Source: Amoeboaphelidium protococcarum X5 (Eukaryota; Fungi; Aphelidiomycota). From it: a stretch of 41,569 bases of DNA. The notes beneath the pieces were generated by a model that saw only the letters and a program-made list of their open reading frames with translations, was not told where the DNA came from and ran no database searches. The stretch is from NCBI GenBank assembly GCA_023515725.1, contig JALDTO010000052.1, positions 1 through 41,569 on the forward strand, written 5' to 3'. Made by a program: the position numbers and the translations under genes. Positions 11,439 to 24,898 of the stretch are shown here, piece by piece. Each line of letters begins with the position of its first letter. Position 1 is the stretch's first letter.

Positions 11439-13415
11439 ATGGACATTGAGCAATCTAGCACGCTTGACAGGTTTATACAAGAGGCGCCAACGGCCAGTAC
11501 CTCTGCGGATGTAACCACTGATAGACCAGCCCGACAAGAAACTCTGGATTTGAACGAAAGTGTAATGCCGTCGACTATTGTTGCTCTCGCTAGTCTGTAG
11601 GACCAACATCATATGCTTACTGCGGAGGTTGATGAAGTTGAAACTAGAAGCTTTAGTGACGACAATGCCCATGATGCTAAAGGGAGTAATAATACAGCGA
11701 TTGATGATCAAACAGTACCAATGGTGGAAGTTCACAAGAGTACAACACCTGAACAGTCGCAGTAGTTGAATGCTCCGATGGATACAAAAGCGGCAGCCTC
11801 AATTGCTGATGATGGTATGCTTGCTGTGCCAAGAGTTAATCAAGATGTATTGAAATCGACCAACTCTGTGGGTGCGCGTAGTCAGATTCACGGCTCTGAG
11901 TACTTTAAAGGCAGCTAATTCTTACAGAGTGGACCGAAAGCTAAATTTTGGTCTTGGGCTATAACGATTGGTGTGAAGCATATCTTGTATATCATGATAG
12001 TGTCCTCGATGTATGCCGGTCTCTCTCTGATTCCAATGTAAGATCTGATGACCTAAAATTACTACGCAGCTGGATTTGCTTTTGTTGCCAGTTAGATGCC
12101 CGTGGCGATCTCCATCAGTTTCAGTGCCGTCTTCTGGTTGAAGTCTTTTATGGGAGTGCCTTACAGCTGGTCTGCCAAGAGAGATATGATACCTGGATTT
12201 GTGTACGCTGTAATTTCCGGTGTCATTTACATTGTAATTGTTATGAGTGGTCAGTGGCCTTTCCCATTGACCTCTATTATTGGAGGCGGTTCCTTCTACT
12301 CAATTGTACTTCCGCCCATGGTGTGGGTGATGTTGCCTCGCAGCCTAACATCTCAGGTGAAGAAGTACTCGTTCAGTGACCCGATATTTAGAAAATTTGT
12401 ACGCGCATGTATCGTCGTGGCCACCATGAACATTTACTATTTCATGCTGTTAATTTTCTACTACCTGTTCACCTTGAGTACTTCTACTGCAGTATTTTAG
12501 CTGATCCTGGTGGCGGTGTTCAAGTTCTCGACCAGTCTGTTCATCTACTTCAGATGTAATATGGTAGAACTGGCTGCTAATGATACTGGTCTTATAGAGA
12601 ATGATCCTGCTTTCAAGAAGGGCTCTGATGCGTACAAACACTAGTTGCGTGTAAATCGTATGGTTGGTCACGAGATGAGTGTCTTTGCAAAGTTTGAAAT
12701 TTCAGCGATGTAGGAGAGTTACTTTGCCATGTGTTTCCCTGCCATTAGAGGATGGGAGACTTTTGTGCTCCTCATTGTATTCCTCAATATGACCTTATTC
12801 TTTGAGCTGATGCACACGAAAGTGACCAACATGGATGGTATGGTGTTCGTCTTCCATTACACTTACCAGAAGATTCGTCAACTGCTAGGGATGAGCAATG
12901 AGTTTGATCGTACCAATGGCAGCGGATAGTTGGGAAAATCAAAGGCAAGAGATCCACAAGCAGAGGCTGTGATGATCAAGTATAGAAACAAACTGCCAGA
13001 GAATTATCTAAAACTGCCTGCTGCCTACCTGGGTAGAATGGAATTTTACTTTCTGGGTCTGCTGGCTAAGCTCTTTGGCAGTATCATCTTTTGTTTTCTT
13101 GCACCCGTCTACTTCTTTGGGCCTAATCACGATTGGTATGGTGTCGTGTTTGACTTTCCTCTGGAAATTCTAATTGATTCATACATAAGAGCGGGAATAT
13201 CTATTGGCGCCTTGGTTATCAATTTGGCCTGTGCAACTCTGTACGTGAGATACCGCGCTAATGGAATATCCTTGATTTTGATTGGCCTTAGTGTTATCCA
13301 TGGCAAGTGGAGTAGACTCATGTATGCGGCTTACTGGTTGGCGCCCGTCTTCATGTACTCTCAGCTGGGTAAAATGTTTATGGTTGTGTACTGGTTTACA
13401 AATGGACGAGATTGA
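11439..13415 (+). CDS. Unknown multipass membrane protein (658 aa; disordered N-terminus)
   Basis: ORF fragments at 12096, 12729 and 12930 share a frame with ATG 11439; many hydrophobic helices; TGA at 13413-13415. Confidence 0.75.
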
Positions 13416-13564
13416 TTTAATTTGGTTGACTATTCAATTTTACTGGAGCTTTCAGGAGGATCATGAGGTAGCTTTAATAAGGGTTGAACAGTGATGATGA
13501 GTGAAGTAATACAAAATAGATTTAAACAAGGGTTTAAACTCTCATTAATTTTTTAAACATCAAT

Positions 13565-16030
13565 TCATTGAGAATCTTGCGACGGACTCGACCTTCCACT
13601 TTATTAAGCTATTACCACCGACAACTTACCGGTCTTTAGAGATTCAACACGATTTACAACACCGCCAGAGCCTTTATAAGTAAATCCGACAAACGCGAGT
13701 CGCTTACGCAAATCTATCATGGACTGACTCAAATCAGGATCTGAACTAGATAGTAGCGATGAGGAACCTTGAGACTTTCGACATTCTTCTGCTTTAATCT
13801 CTGCAGCTTAGGCTACATTTCCGGTAGAGCTGTGGCGATCAGGATCGTATTTCTCCTCAGCAGATTCATTATTTACAATTTTAGGTGCATATGGCCCTGT
13901 AAAATCCGTGCCATCATTATTAGAAGCGTCAAAGTATCTAGTATCAGTATCTCCAGAAATTTATGGTATCCATGGGGCAGTCTATTCGTGAAGTCTACTA
14001 AAATCTATCCCATTGAACCACGGATGTTTCTTTATCTACGACGCATCTTAACCGGTGAGCATTATGTTAAGCACAGCGGTAAATGGCAAATTTCCCTCTG
14101 CATCCACCTGTTCAGCTTTCTAGTCCGCACTGGAGACCGATTACGCGCCGCCTAGTCTTTACTTTTTATCACACAATAGTTATCGAATCAAATCCACCGC
14201 CTGTCTTGACACCTCTCCAGCATACGCATATCCGTGAGAATCTTTTCTAGTTACATAAGATGGAAACTTGAGCCATTTCTTCCAATCTTGTATTTTCAGT
14301 CGCGTTCCATCTTTGCTTTTACTTGCAAACGGAGGATAGCCGTACAGCATCTCAAACACAATCACTGCGAAGCTCCACCAGTCGCAACTATAATCATACG
14401 GATTACCCTGCAAAACTTCTGGAGCTATATAGTTGTTTGTACCAACAATACTGTAATCGCGTGCGTGAGGATGTTAAAGTCTTGCTCTTGCACGCCACGT
14501 CAGCAGTTTGTGTTCATCCGGAGGATTCATCAACACGTTGGTCATCAGAGCGTCGCGTTTAACTGAGGATGAATCTGATAAATCGTCTAAACTTGTGACA
14601 TTGACATCAGCACCCACCGCGAGTGAAGCTCCGGATTTACCGCCAGCAATTTCTAGCGTACTTGCAATATAATCATCAAGCTCCTGCCGCTCAGATTCCA
14701 AATTCTACTTCACCTCCTGTTCAACATCAGATTAGAATTTGCTAGCTTTATACGCCAGCTTTCGCACAATCTCATAATACTTCGTCTCATGACTCCAATG
14801 AAAATCTGTGGCTAGTCCGCAATCGCCTAGCTTTAAGTGACCGCGAGCATCAATGAGGAAGTTATCAGGCTTAACATCACGATGTACATATCCAAGTTTA
14901 TGAGCTTCCTCTAGGCATAGTATCATCTGAGCAGCGTAAAATCTAGCCATCTCTTCAGGGAACGTGTCAAATTAGATTAACAGTGATAGAAAGTCACCAC
15001 CTTGCAGATACTCCATAATAAAGTACAAATAATCAATGTCTTGAAAAGAGTAGATAAGCTTGACCAACCAGCGGCAACTATCATTTGATGCAGCTTCACT
15101 AAGAAGGTCGCGTTCTGCCCTGACGTGAGACTCTTGATTTTCTCTGATCATCACTTCTTTTGACAGGATCTTCATAGCATAAACAACATTGCTACTCTTC
15201 TCTCTTACCAACTATACGCTTCCAAACGCTCCTTTGCCAAGTATTTTCAGTGGCTCAAAGTGGTGTGGAGTGATCTTCTCTCTACTGATGCGAGTGAGGA
15301 GATGCTCTCGCTATATCCACTCCTCCCGTACTTTGGAGCACTCTTCTTCGCTCAACTTCAACTTACCCAGTTCTTACTCAATTTGAAGTCTTCGACGCGT
15401 TCTTGATGATGCAGCAGAAGGACTGGACGACTTGCCAGTAAACAATCTATCAAAGTAATGTTCAAAATATATCTTGGCAGCGACAGATCTCTCTGTAGTA
15501 GCAACGCTATAGCGATGTTTCTATTACGATGATGATTGAGGTGCGGTCGATACTTCCTTTGATTATTTCACTTAGACGCCTGAGGAATTTTAAGTGGCGG
15601 CATTTCCAGCTGGCTGTGCACTTCCAGGTCTTATCGCCGATTGTTAAAGTGCCGTATCGACTGCCTGTAAGTTAGTGATATCATTACTGATTGACTTTCT
15701 ATGTAACTTTTTCGGTTTCACGTCGCCAGATTGCTGCGTTGTTGTTATTGAAGACGCTTGTTACTGTGTTGTCAGGCCGGTTGCAATTACGTTCAGGTCC
15801 TTCTACTGCCTCGGTACTAAACTCCCATTTGGTAGCTATTATTGACTTTAAAATTACTTTTATAATTCTACAATGATATATTTATGATATAGCGATTTAT
15901 AAGTACAGAAAAATATCAAAAAGTTACAGCCACTATTCAGTTTCATAGATCCGTGCAGAGATGATGAAACAAAGTCTTGATTCAATATGCTGTCAATATT
16001 GGTTAAATCATCACCCTCATCCAAATCCAT
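13565..16030 (-). CDS. NDR/LATS-family AGC Ser/Thr kinase (Cbk1/Orb6-like; probable intron 15868-15927)
   Basis: [47 protein letters not shown] and hydrophobic motif LAFVGFTY. Confidence 0.92.
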
Positions 16031-16290
16031 AATTATACAGTTTTTAATATTTACAGTCTAGCTTAATAATTGTATTGACAAGTTTAAAGTGGAGAAATGG
16101 ACCAATTAAAGAAGTTTCCATGTAAAATATGTGTGCGAACCAAAGTTGTCAAGATACGCAGTGATCAAACAGAGGGTGATTTATTGCAGGTGTAAACATT
16201 GAAACATACAGGCAAAATTTGATATAACAAAGCATTATAAGTGAACTAATACATTATAAACTTCATCAGCAACATATTTGAGTACGTCAC

Positions 16291-17270
16291 TCATTCATTC
16301 AAACGTCTACCTTGACCCGCCCATCGATGTCTCATGCCATCTTGTGCGGCCTGCTATTATCTTCCGGTTGAAGAACCAGCAGCAGACGCGCCGCCAACTG
16401 CTTAATCATCAGGAACGTACGCTTTTCTACACACACAAAATTACATCACATAAACTCTGGTAATCGCACATAACAATAATCTGGCATTCTTACAATATCT
16501 GAGGCGTCTATAACATCTTGCGTCCCTGAGACTGAGGCATACGCGGGTAAACTTCCTCTAGAAAGTAGTACACATGAGCACAAAACATTCCAAACACGGA
16601 ACTAATGTTGAACGTTCCACTTAGTAAATCATACAACAGAATCACCACCGGAAGATACATTGCCTACAATGATATGAAGATTACCATATAACTTTGACAG
16701 AGACAGATTAGTTCATGTAAAATACCTTGAAGCGCAGTCCAAAAAAGAACGAGACAATAGTCTCCTTGTTCAACTAACTCCATAGGTAGATGAAACTGAG
16801 TATAAATCCCTAAGTCATTATAGGATACGTGAAGAGATAGCCTAACATGTTTAGCATCACAATCATGAGCAACACAAAGTATACCATGTCAGCCTTGGAC
16901 TTTCCATTCGGGGCGGAAAAGTAAGTCTACTCAAGAGACTTGACATACTGATAGAGGAAGAGCAACTGGAACAGCAGATTAATTCCAGTCTTCACGTACA
17001 GACAGCCGGTGAAGATTCGCCACAACTAACCTTTCAACAGAAGTGGTCCATACATGAACATTGAATATACGCTCACAAGACCCAACGCTACATTAATGTG
17101 ATATAAAATAGTCAGCATCGCCGCGACTGACAAGGTATATTATTACCTTCACTGAGGGATAAGGCAATCACAGCGGTCATAATACTGCGCGTCACCAATG
17201 GAACACCATAATAGGCAGCGAGCAGTTCATTTTAAACAGGTCTTTAATTATTATTGTTATTATTACTCAT
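16291..17270 (-). CDS. Derlin (Der1/Dfm1-like ERAD rhomboid pseudoprotease; 263 aa; introns 17088-17146, 16664-16725, 16427-16493)
   Basis: VPLVTR, GQLWRIFT (Q is TAG), FKAMYLP, HVYYFLEEVYP and a C-terminal SHP-box-like WAGQGRRL. The exons sum to 792 nt. Confidence 0.9.
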
Positions 17271-17533
17271 CTTTACAAAGGATACAGCGAATATTCCACC
17301 AATTTAAAATCGCTTATAATTAAATAAAAATCGTAAGCTTGTGACTATTGTAAAGCGCGAAAGGCAAGCGTTGAATGAAGCGAAGTTTAGCGACACATTT
17401 ATCATAAGCGAAGTGACCGCGTAAAAGAGCATGTTATAGCAGAGTGCGTTCATGCAACAAGAAAACTCAGTATAATGAGATATGAATAATACAGGCAATT
17501 TCATATTGAGTATTATCAGTCACTAACAAGAAA

Positions 17534-18522
17534 TCATTCAACTTCCATTGCAACTCCGCCTTGTGATTACAATGCTGCGGCTGGAATAAAACGCTCCTCT
17601 GTAACATCAACATACGCTCTGAAATCACTCTTTAATACAACAGATGTGCCGGCAGGCAACTTGTAGCTCCTCTCCTTCTTCTCACGCACATTAGGCTGCT
17701 TGAGATTGCGCAGGTATTCAACTTTCACCGGACCCAGGGTCGGAGTATTCGGTGGCAGAGCCGATATCTGCTGCGCAGTCAACTACTCTCTACTCAACAC
17801 CGTCACGTCAACATTGGATCCACTGCCAAGATCGTTGAAAATACCAGCCTCGATCGCCTACACTACCAAGTCGATTGCCTACTACTTGGACATATCCTTC
17901 TTCCAACCAGCCTCGAAAATGGCCATCGCAGCTAGAGAACCAGATCCCATAGTCACAAATGGCAATCTATCGGTACTACCATGAGGATAGATGGTGTACA
18001 GCTATGGACCGCTGACATCGATACCTCCCAGAACCAGTGCAGCACCGATATGCCCCTAGTACTTGAACAGCATCTACTTTAACATGGTGAGCGCTGTAGA
18101 AATTCTGCACTCTCTACCACTGGCTAGCTGGTGCAGAGACAATTACTCCGAGATCAACATGGTGGTCATTTCAGTGTCGGCAGCAGTTCCAGCACCACAG
18201 CAGTACATGTTCGGTGCCAGGTAGTGAATCTTCTCACAATTCTTGTCTGCAACAATGTTACCCTCAGTCGCTCTGGTATCTGCTCCAAGTACAACTCCGT
18301 CCTTGTAAATCACACCGACAATGGTAGTACCAGTCTTAGTCGCCTTGGGTGGATGAGTTCCCTTACTGGCTAACATTGCATTTCTACACGACAATTGTTC
18401 ATACCTCGACGAGTATAAAAGTTGACATTATATAAACGACAGTGATAAGTAAAAATATACCTTTTAATGTTGTCAATGACAAATCCAGTCTTGTTAACTT
18501 CAATTCTCTAAGCGTCACACAT
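17534..18522 (-). CDS. PUP1: 20S proteasome subunit beta-2 (PSMB7/Pup1; intron 18384-18460)
   Basis: KTG/TTIVG processing site, [46 protein letters not shown]. Confidence 0.96.
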
Positions 18523-19356
18523 GGCTGTCAGACTTGCGTTTCTATAAATGCTACGTAAAGAATATAATGATGATGATGTTGAAGGCCAAAGGGAGAAGCC
18601 AAAGAACGAATAAATCGAGTTGTAACGGCGACCGTTTCTCTCTCGTGAAAAAAGGAAAGAGGACCGAGAGCGAATGTTGTCGTGTCTTTGGGCGACACGG
18701 GAAAGCGCTGGCTTGGAACTTCTACTATTAAAAATGTTGAAAATGTAGCCGTCGTACACTTCACATTATGACGTAGTTAATGAGAAAGTGTATAAGAGTA
18801 GGCGCGTCAGCTAAGATTAAAGTTTTATTGGCGATCATCAATTATTCAAGCTGTGTGTTGGCATCATACGCGCGACAAATATTCATTATAACACGATAAA
18901 CAACAACACCAACGGACCATTGCTGGGCAGAATCGTCGTTGTCGCGTTTTAAAAAGCGAGAAAGAAAACGTCAGTCGGGGATCGCGTCTTTATAGTATTG
19001 ACACATGTCACAATTTTATCATCAAAACAATCACTTTTAAGCTAGACTTTGTGACTTTAGACTAGTTTAAAGCATATTTGATCAATTAAGGAATGGTCAC
19101 CTATTGCACCAATATAGTTTTGATTCATAAACGCTTGTTAAAACAGTCTTAAACTTAAGTAATGTCAATCTCGAAGTTTCGTCGTCGGCACTCGTTCCAC
19201 AAAAAAACTTTCACACGCACTCTCTCTCTCTCCCTCAAACGATCGCTGACTAATCGATTTGATTTCTTTTGCGTGTTTTACTATCAAACTTCTCTGTCAT
19301 TTCATTGTTGAACAATTATATCTACATATACAGTAGATTGATGAATGTTAATTGAA

Positions 19357-20943
19357 ATGTAGCGATAAAATAAATAAATGTTTGCAGGATATACTGCGGT
19401 GGATAGTGGCGATTAAGAATATAACTCTCATCAATAGTCATCCACAAATACTTTATGGAGTGTAATAAGTGTCAAAAATAGAAAATGGCGATAATTGCCA
19501 GCTGCAACAACTTTTGTAGTTTCGCTTGCTCTCTTCACCGATATGCTAGTCTATGGTATTGTCATTCCAGTCTTGCCAAGTATTTTGAAGGATCTGAATT
19601 TAGCAGAGACCAATCTTGGACTTTTAGTCGGAGTATATGGACTTGGATTGCTTATTGCAGCGCCCGCTGTCGGCTGGGTGTGTGATCATTACGAGGGAAC
19701 TCCGTACCATGATATGACGCGCCGATGGTCCATGTTGGCTGGTCTCGCAGGTCTTGGAATATCTACTATTCTATTCGGTTTCGTGGATACTGATCCATCA
19801 TAGAGCGGTCTCGGTCTGGCTCTATTGATTATTGCTCGATTTGCACAGGGTGTTAGTGGAGCTGTTACGTGGTCTGTTGGTCTTTCGCTGATCGCCGATG
19901 TATATTCCACAGAAGTGCTTGGCTCTGCCATGGGTATTTGTATGTCTGCACAGGTGTTTGGTTAACTTGCTGGTCCTCCCTTGGGTGGATTTCTGTACGA
20001 GTTTGTGGGCAAAGTGTCTCCATTCTTGTTCTCTGGTGCACTTGCTATTATTGATCTTGTATTTCGACTTTGGGTTAAGCCTCAGAGGATTTTAAAGTAG
20101 AGTACCGTTGTTGCAGAGTCCACATTAGTATCGCCAGTCAGTACTGATGGTGGTGATGCGGGTGATAATAATAATACACTGTTACGCTCGTCGTCTGTAG
20201 GGGCCGCTGCCTCTCCGCAGGTGATCAAGATATCAATGATAGAGATGGTACGTGCTCCGTCACTTTTACTTGCGTTCGCTGCCACTATTGCAATGTCCAC
20301 GGCGTATAGTGGTGTTGAGCCTACTCTGCCTCTCTATCTACCCATTGCATTTCCTCCTACTTCTGGAGTGAAGATGAATTAGAGTATGATCGGACTGCTG
20401 ATGGTGGCCATAGTGGTTCCCAACATCATATTGGCTGTGGTTGCTGGTTGGCTATCTGATCGATATAGTAAGAAGCTGGTGTCTGGATACTCAATGGTAC
20501 TCACTGCCATTAGTATGCCTTTGATTGCTATTCCGAAAGCGGATAACTATGGTAATCATGATGTCGATCGATGGGGTAGTGGAATATGGTTGCAGGTGCT
20601 CACTCTGATGGTGTTTGGATCGTTCAGTGCTTTCGCCATTACTCCTCTTCTGCCAGAGATTGGTAATTATATTACAGCTAGGGGTGGTACTTCGTATACG
20701 TAGGTGTATGCTCTATTCAATATGGCATATAGTGTGGGTATGCTCGTAGGTCCAATCGCTGCTGGATTCGTGTATGAATGGCTCGGATTCTTCTGGTGTA
20801 TGTTCTTATTTGCTGTTATTGTCCTCATTGTGGGAATATTATAAATCCTTGCTGGTCTGGGTTAGACGAAATACATATCCATTAACGATAGCGCAGGCGA
20901 TGAAAACGTTCGTATTGTTGATACTCGCGTTTAAAGTGACTGA
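19357..20943 (+). CDS. MFS transporter, vesicular amine transporter-like (528 aa)
   Basis: FTDMLVYGIVIPVLP, ARFAQGVSGAVTWSVGLSLIADVY, AGPPLGGFLY, VYALFNMAYSVGMLVGP. Confidence 0.88.
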
Positions 20944-21077
20944 GTAAGTCAATGGGATAATTGAGTCAATCTTATTATGACATTGTTGTTTTAATACAAT
21001 TATCAGATAAATGTTTTGACTTTATAATAAAGTTGAATTTTTTACATATTCACTCAAAGTAGTTCTCTCCTTTTTCA

Positions 21078-23156
21078 TCAGATTCTCATAATCTTCACAC
21101 AGGTTCTATCAGCCACACCGTGATACATCTCAGCCTCTGGATCTTGTTGAATTGCTTCCTAAAGCTAATTCTTACTCATCGGATTGATAATAAAACTAGC
21201 ATAGGTACCGCCAACTTATGCTCGTCCTCCTCCACCAACTCTACACAAATGGCCAGGATTAACTACTAGAGAATCATGGACGTTCTTTGCAAACATTGTC
21301 AACTTGGATGGTAATAGAAGAATATCAGGGCGTACAGAGAGTCCGAGTGCTTATGGATGCTAGTCTGATACGTACAACGACTGATTCGGTGGATCCAGAG
21401 GATAGAGTGACCTCTGTCTCATCATATCTTCCACTAATCTACTGATACGATCAGCATGCACTTACTTACTTGGAAATCTGGAGATTTCTTCACGACTCAG
21501 ATCCATTAGAATATCAGTGGACGTCACTGCCACGTAGACTTCATTAACGACAAATACTGAAGGATTAGCCACGCATTGAATTCTGTTCAGAATCTTTACA
21601 TCTTCCACCAGATCTTTAGGGAATAGAGCCAGCTTATCGTACGGCGGTTGTGGTAAGGCGACATGAGGATGGATAGCATCGTCAACCGAAGGAATGAATA
21701 CTATTCTGCTATTGGATTAGTCCTACAGATAATCTACAATTATAGGTGCCACTTTGAGATTAAAAATTTCCAATGGTGTGAGATCACTCAGAGACAAAGA
21801 CGCTTCTTGTTCATCAACAAAGGGGCCAATTAAAACAATCACATTTGCCGAGGGATTTTGTCGACATTGCTGTAGAAATGCAACCAGTGGTTCAAAGTCA
21901 CAGCTACCACCAACAGTAAAAGGTCCACGAGCCACAGCTAGATGAATTGGCTGCCCATTCATGTAACGCTTATCGTGAGAGTATTATAACAAATTTGAGC
22001 ATGGAGTAGATGGTGGCTCTGGCAGGCTTGGGTTCATGAGCACAGACGACGTGAATACATCTCTCCCTGAATTATTAGTTCCTTCTACGCCCACAATTTT
22101 ACCTGGAAAGACGGAATACTCTTCAACTCCATTAACGTTCAGTCTGATGCGTTTCACCTCCTGGCTATCCGCGTCAGCAGTTGACAAAGTGGAACATTCC
22201 AACATTATTGACTGATCATTCATCTTCCCCGTGGAGTCACAGCAAATCTTGCCATAAGTTTTAACAGATACTTGAGAAGCTTGGAACGGATCGGCAATAG
22301 AATCAACAAAATCAAAATCTTGCGTAATTTACTAACCAAGGACAGCTAATCTGTCGCAAGATGCGTCCACTACACTCTCGCAAGTTTCCGACATGTAGCG
22401 GTACTTGGTGTTGAAAACATAATCTGGATAGGCGGCCACTTCCACCAACTGAGAGCTACATTCAGATTACATTGCAACGTCAGATTGAACAGCCAATTGC
22501 TCATTGTAACAAATCTCCACCTTTCCAGAGTTTTGTCTCTCTTTGAAAGCGGATGAAGTCACAGAGGATAATTACTGATTAACAGCGTGAATGTTCTATT
22601 ACGACGCAATAGGCGTTTAAGGAGATGCAAACTATGGAGTGTCATTTAATTATGGCAATGCAGTACTTTTAGATGAAGTGAAGCCATTTCCAAAAGTATT
22701 ACCACCACCACCACCAAGACTCAACTTTTTACTCTTCTTCAAAGATCCGACTGGAACGCGAAACGGCGTCGAAAACGGCGCGGAATTCGGCAATGCGCTA
22801 TTAGTGGCGGAGACTTGAGACATCTTGGTCTACTACTCAACCTATTGACGCAAATAACTTTTAAATAAAAGCAAGGATTACTCAGTGTATTCCTGCTATT
22901 ATAAATTATTATCAGAATTTTCTTTACTCATCTATTGCATTGCAAAAGACTCCCATTTGTTATGCACATTCTCAGGTTTCAACTAATACAGCTTGCAAAT
23001 ACGGCCCACTACAAAAATGTAATTACGGTATTCAGTTTAATTGGAATTTACGACAACTTGTAAATTCTTACATTCTTCCAAAACGGTATTATCAGCCTCT
23101 GAAGTGGGATAGAACAGGCTTTATAGCTTCTAAATAGTAGCATTTTAAGTGTCCAT
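21078..23156 (-). CDS. POL12: DNA polymerase alpha subunit B (671 aa; intron 23009-23071)
   Basis: N-terminal ICKLY..KWESF, YSVFPGKIVGVEGTN, VARGPFT, LIGPFVD, C-terminal VKIMRI*. Confidence 0.93.
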
Positions 23157-23218
23157 TTTGTTATTGTTTATCTCCACCGACTAAAGTTCAAGGCTGCAGA
23201 GAAACGACAGGACGTTAT

Positions 23219-23249
23219 ACGCGTTCGATATTACAGTTGAAACGCCAAA
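23219..23249 (-). promoter_or_regulatory. Putative G1/S elements upstream of POL12: MCB (ACGCGT) and E2F-like (TTTGGCG)
   Basis: ACGCGT at 23219-23224 and CGCCAAA at 23243-23249, 63-93 nt upstream of the ATG. Confidence 0.4.
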
Positions 23250-23326
23250 TTTGGCATAAAGCGGCCGTATAAGAATTGAGATGAAACGAAGCTGCTGAAA
23301 CAGAAAATCAGATCGGAATTTTCTAT

Positions 23327-24622
23327 TCAATTTCTATACCAGTTGATCCATCTAGAAAGATATAGTACACTCAATAATACGACAAAACGCGGCGCTATTG
23401 ACATTAACAGTATCGGATATAGCGATACGAGACTTTGATCAGATTATTCAATGACATTTTCTAAGATGGCTCGAGATGGGATCAGTCCCTTAGTTACTTC
23501 AAGTACTGCATAAACTGGATTATGATCACTTTATCCCAAACTTGAAATTGACTTGTATTGTAACACTTGCTATTAGGCCAGAGTATTTGATCCAATATTA
23601 AATAGGATTCGATCGCACCACGCAGGAGTTCTCTTTTCAGTTTAATACAAATGCAAAATTTAAGAAAACTTGGTGTTCATACTTACGTTGCTCAAGGTGC
23701 CAAGCTCTTTCTAACCAATAGTGTGAACTTTATATGACGGCGCAAAATCAATTTTCTACTCATACATCTCTCCTAATCCATTGCCATCTAACATACATGT
23801 TAACTCATCAAAAGCAAGCAGGCTAGCCAAATCTATGTCTTGTCGCGTCAAATCTTTAAATTCTTAAGAAGTCAACTACAATCTAAAATTAAAGTCGCCC
23901 ATAACAACGACAGCATTACAAGGTTATGTGCTTTAAATCATCTCTACAGTCTCCAAAATATCGCGTAATTACTACTGCCTAGTTCGAAAATTGTGAGCCC
24001 CAGCGTGAGCGCAGAGATGAGCATTGACGACAAGAAATTGTACCTGATTAATTTCCAACAATGTAAACTAAGCGCCCTTATTACCAAACACATTCCAGAA
24101 TCCATATGGTCTAAATAGTCTTTACCTTACTCGAAAATCCACTGATGACAATGATGCTGGCTGTAAGAAGAATGTAACAATGTTAGACAAGCCACACTAG
24201 ACTTCTCTAACAGTCCATTGCCTCCCTGTTTTATCTAAAGAGCTGATGGAGCGTGACAGCGAGATTTTCCAATCTGAAACAGTTTCAGAAAATTCGTGTT
24301 GAGCACAAGCGACAGGAGTTAACAGCCACTTGATCACGCCCAGAGATTAGACATGAAGTAATTAATATACGACATTCTCCATCCTAATATACTAATTAAA
24401 CACATACTGTACTACGGTGAGCCATGGGGATGATTTGACACTTTAATTATCTTTTAATATCGGATTGAAAGGCACCAGAAAAGATGACCAAGATGATCTA
24501 AATTCTTGAATGGAGATCACAATAGTATCTACATCACCATCTAACACAACTTATTGTAACACTTTCTGTGACAAAGGCAGATTCTGACCAAAAGCATTAA
24601 ATGTCAATGAAAGAACTTTCAT
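23327..24622 (-). CDS. Inositol polyphosphate 5-phosphatase with C-terminal hydrophobic tail (INP54-like; 431 aa)
   Basis: TFN, IQE, GNKGA, NAHL, MGDFNFR, FAPSYK, PAWCDRIL, SDHNPV, then a hydrophobic tail. Confidence 0.9.
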
Positions 24623-24862
24623 TTCCCTTTTTCATTTACGTTGAGCCTATGAAGAATCAAAAATAGTCTAACGCTGTAAGATTATAAGGAAAATGAAAAG
24701 CAACGATTTTTTGACTGGGAAGATTCTCTGCTGAGAACTTTGCAAAGTTTGTGTAAAGTCAGACAGATCGCTATAGCATCAATTGACAAAGAGCTTCAAA
24801 AGAAATTAATTTTCCTCAAGATCAATTTCAGTTATATAAAATTGCATTAATAAGAGAATTGA

Positions 24863-24878
24863 CTCTCTCTCTCTCTCT
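24863..24878. repeat. (CT)8 microsatellite
   Basis: Seen directly in the 5' region of UBP8. Similar short runs: (CT)6 at 19220-19231 and (AC)6 at 31751-31762. Confidence 0.8.
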
Positions 24879-24898
24879 ATCTCTATAACTGATTAAAT

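Noticed and set aside
23630-23690. GTAAGT within the INP54-like gene as a possible intron donor
   Set aside because: The frame is open without splicing and no TGTAG acceptor follows.
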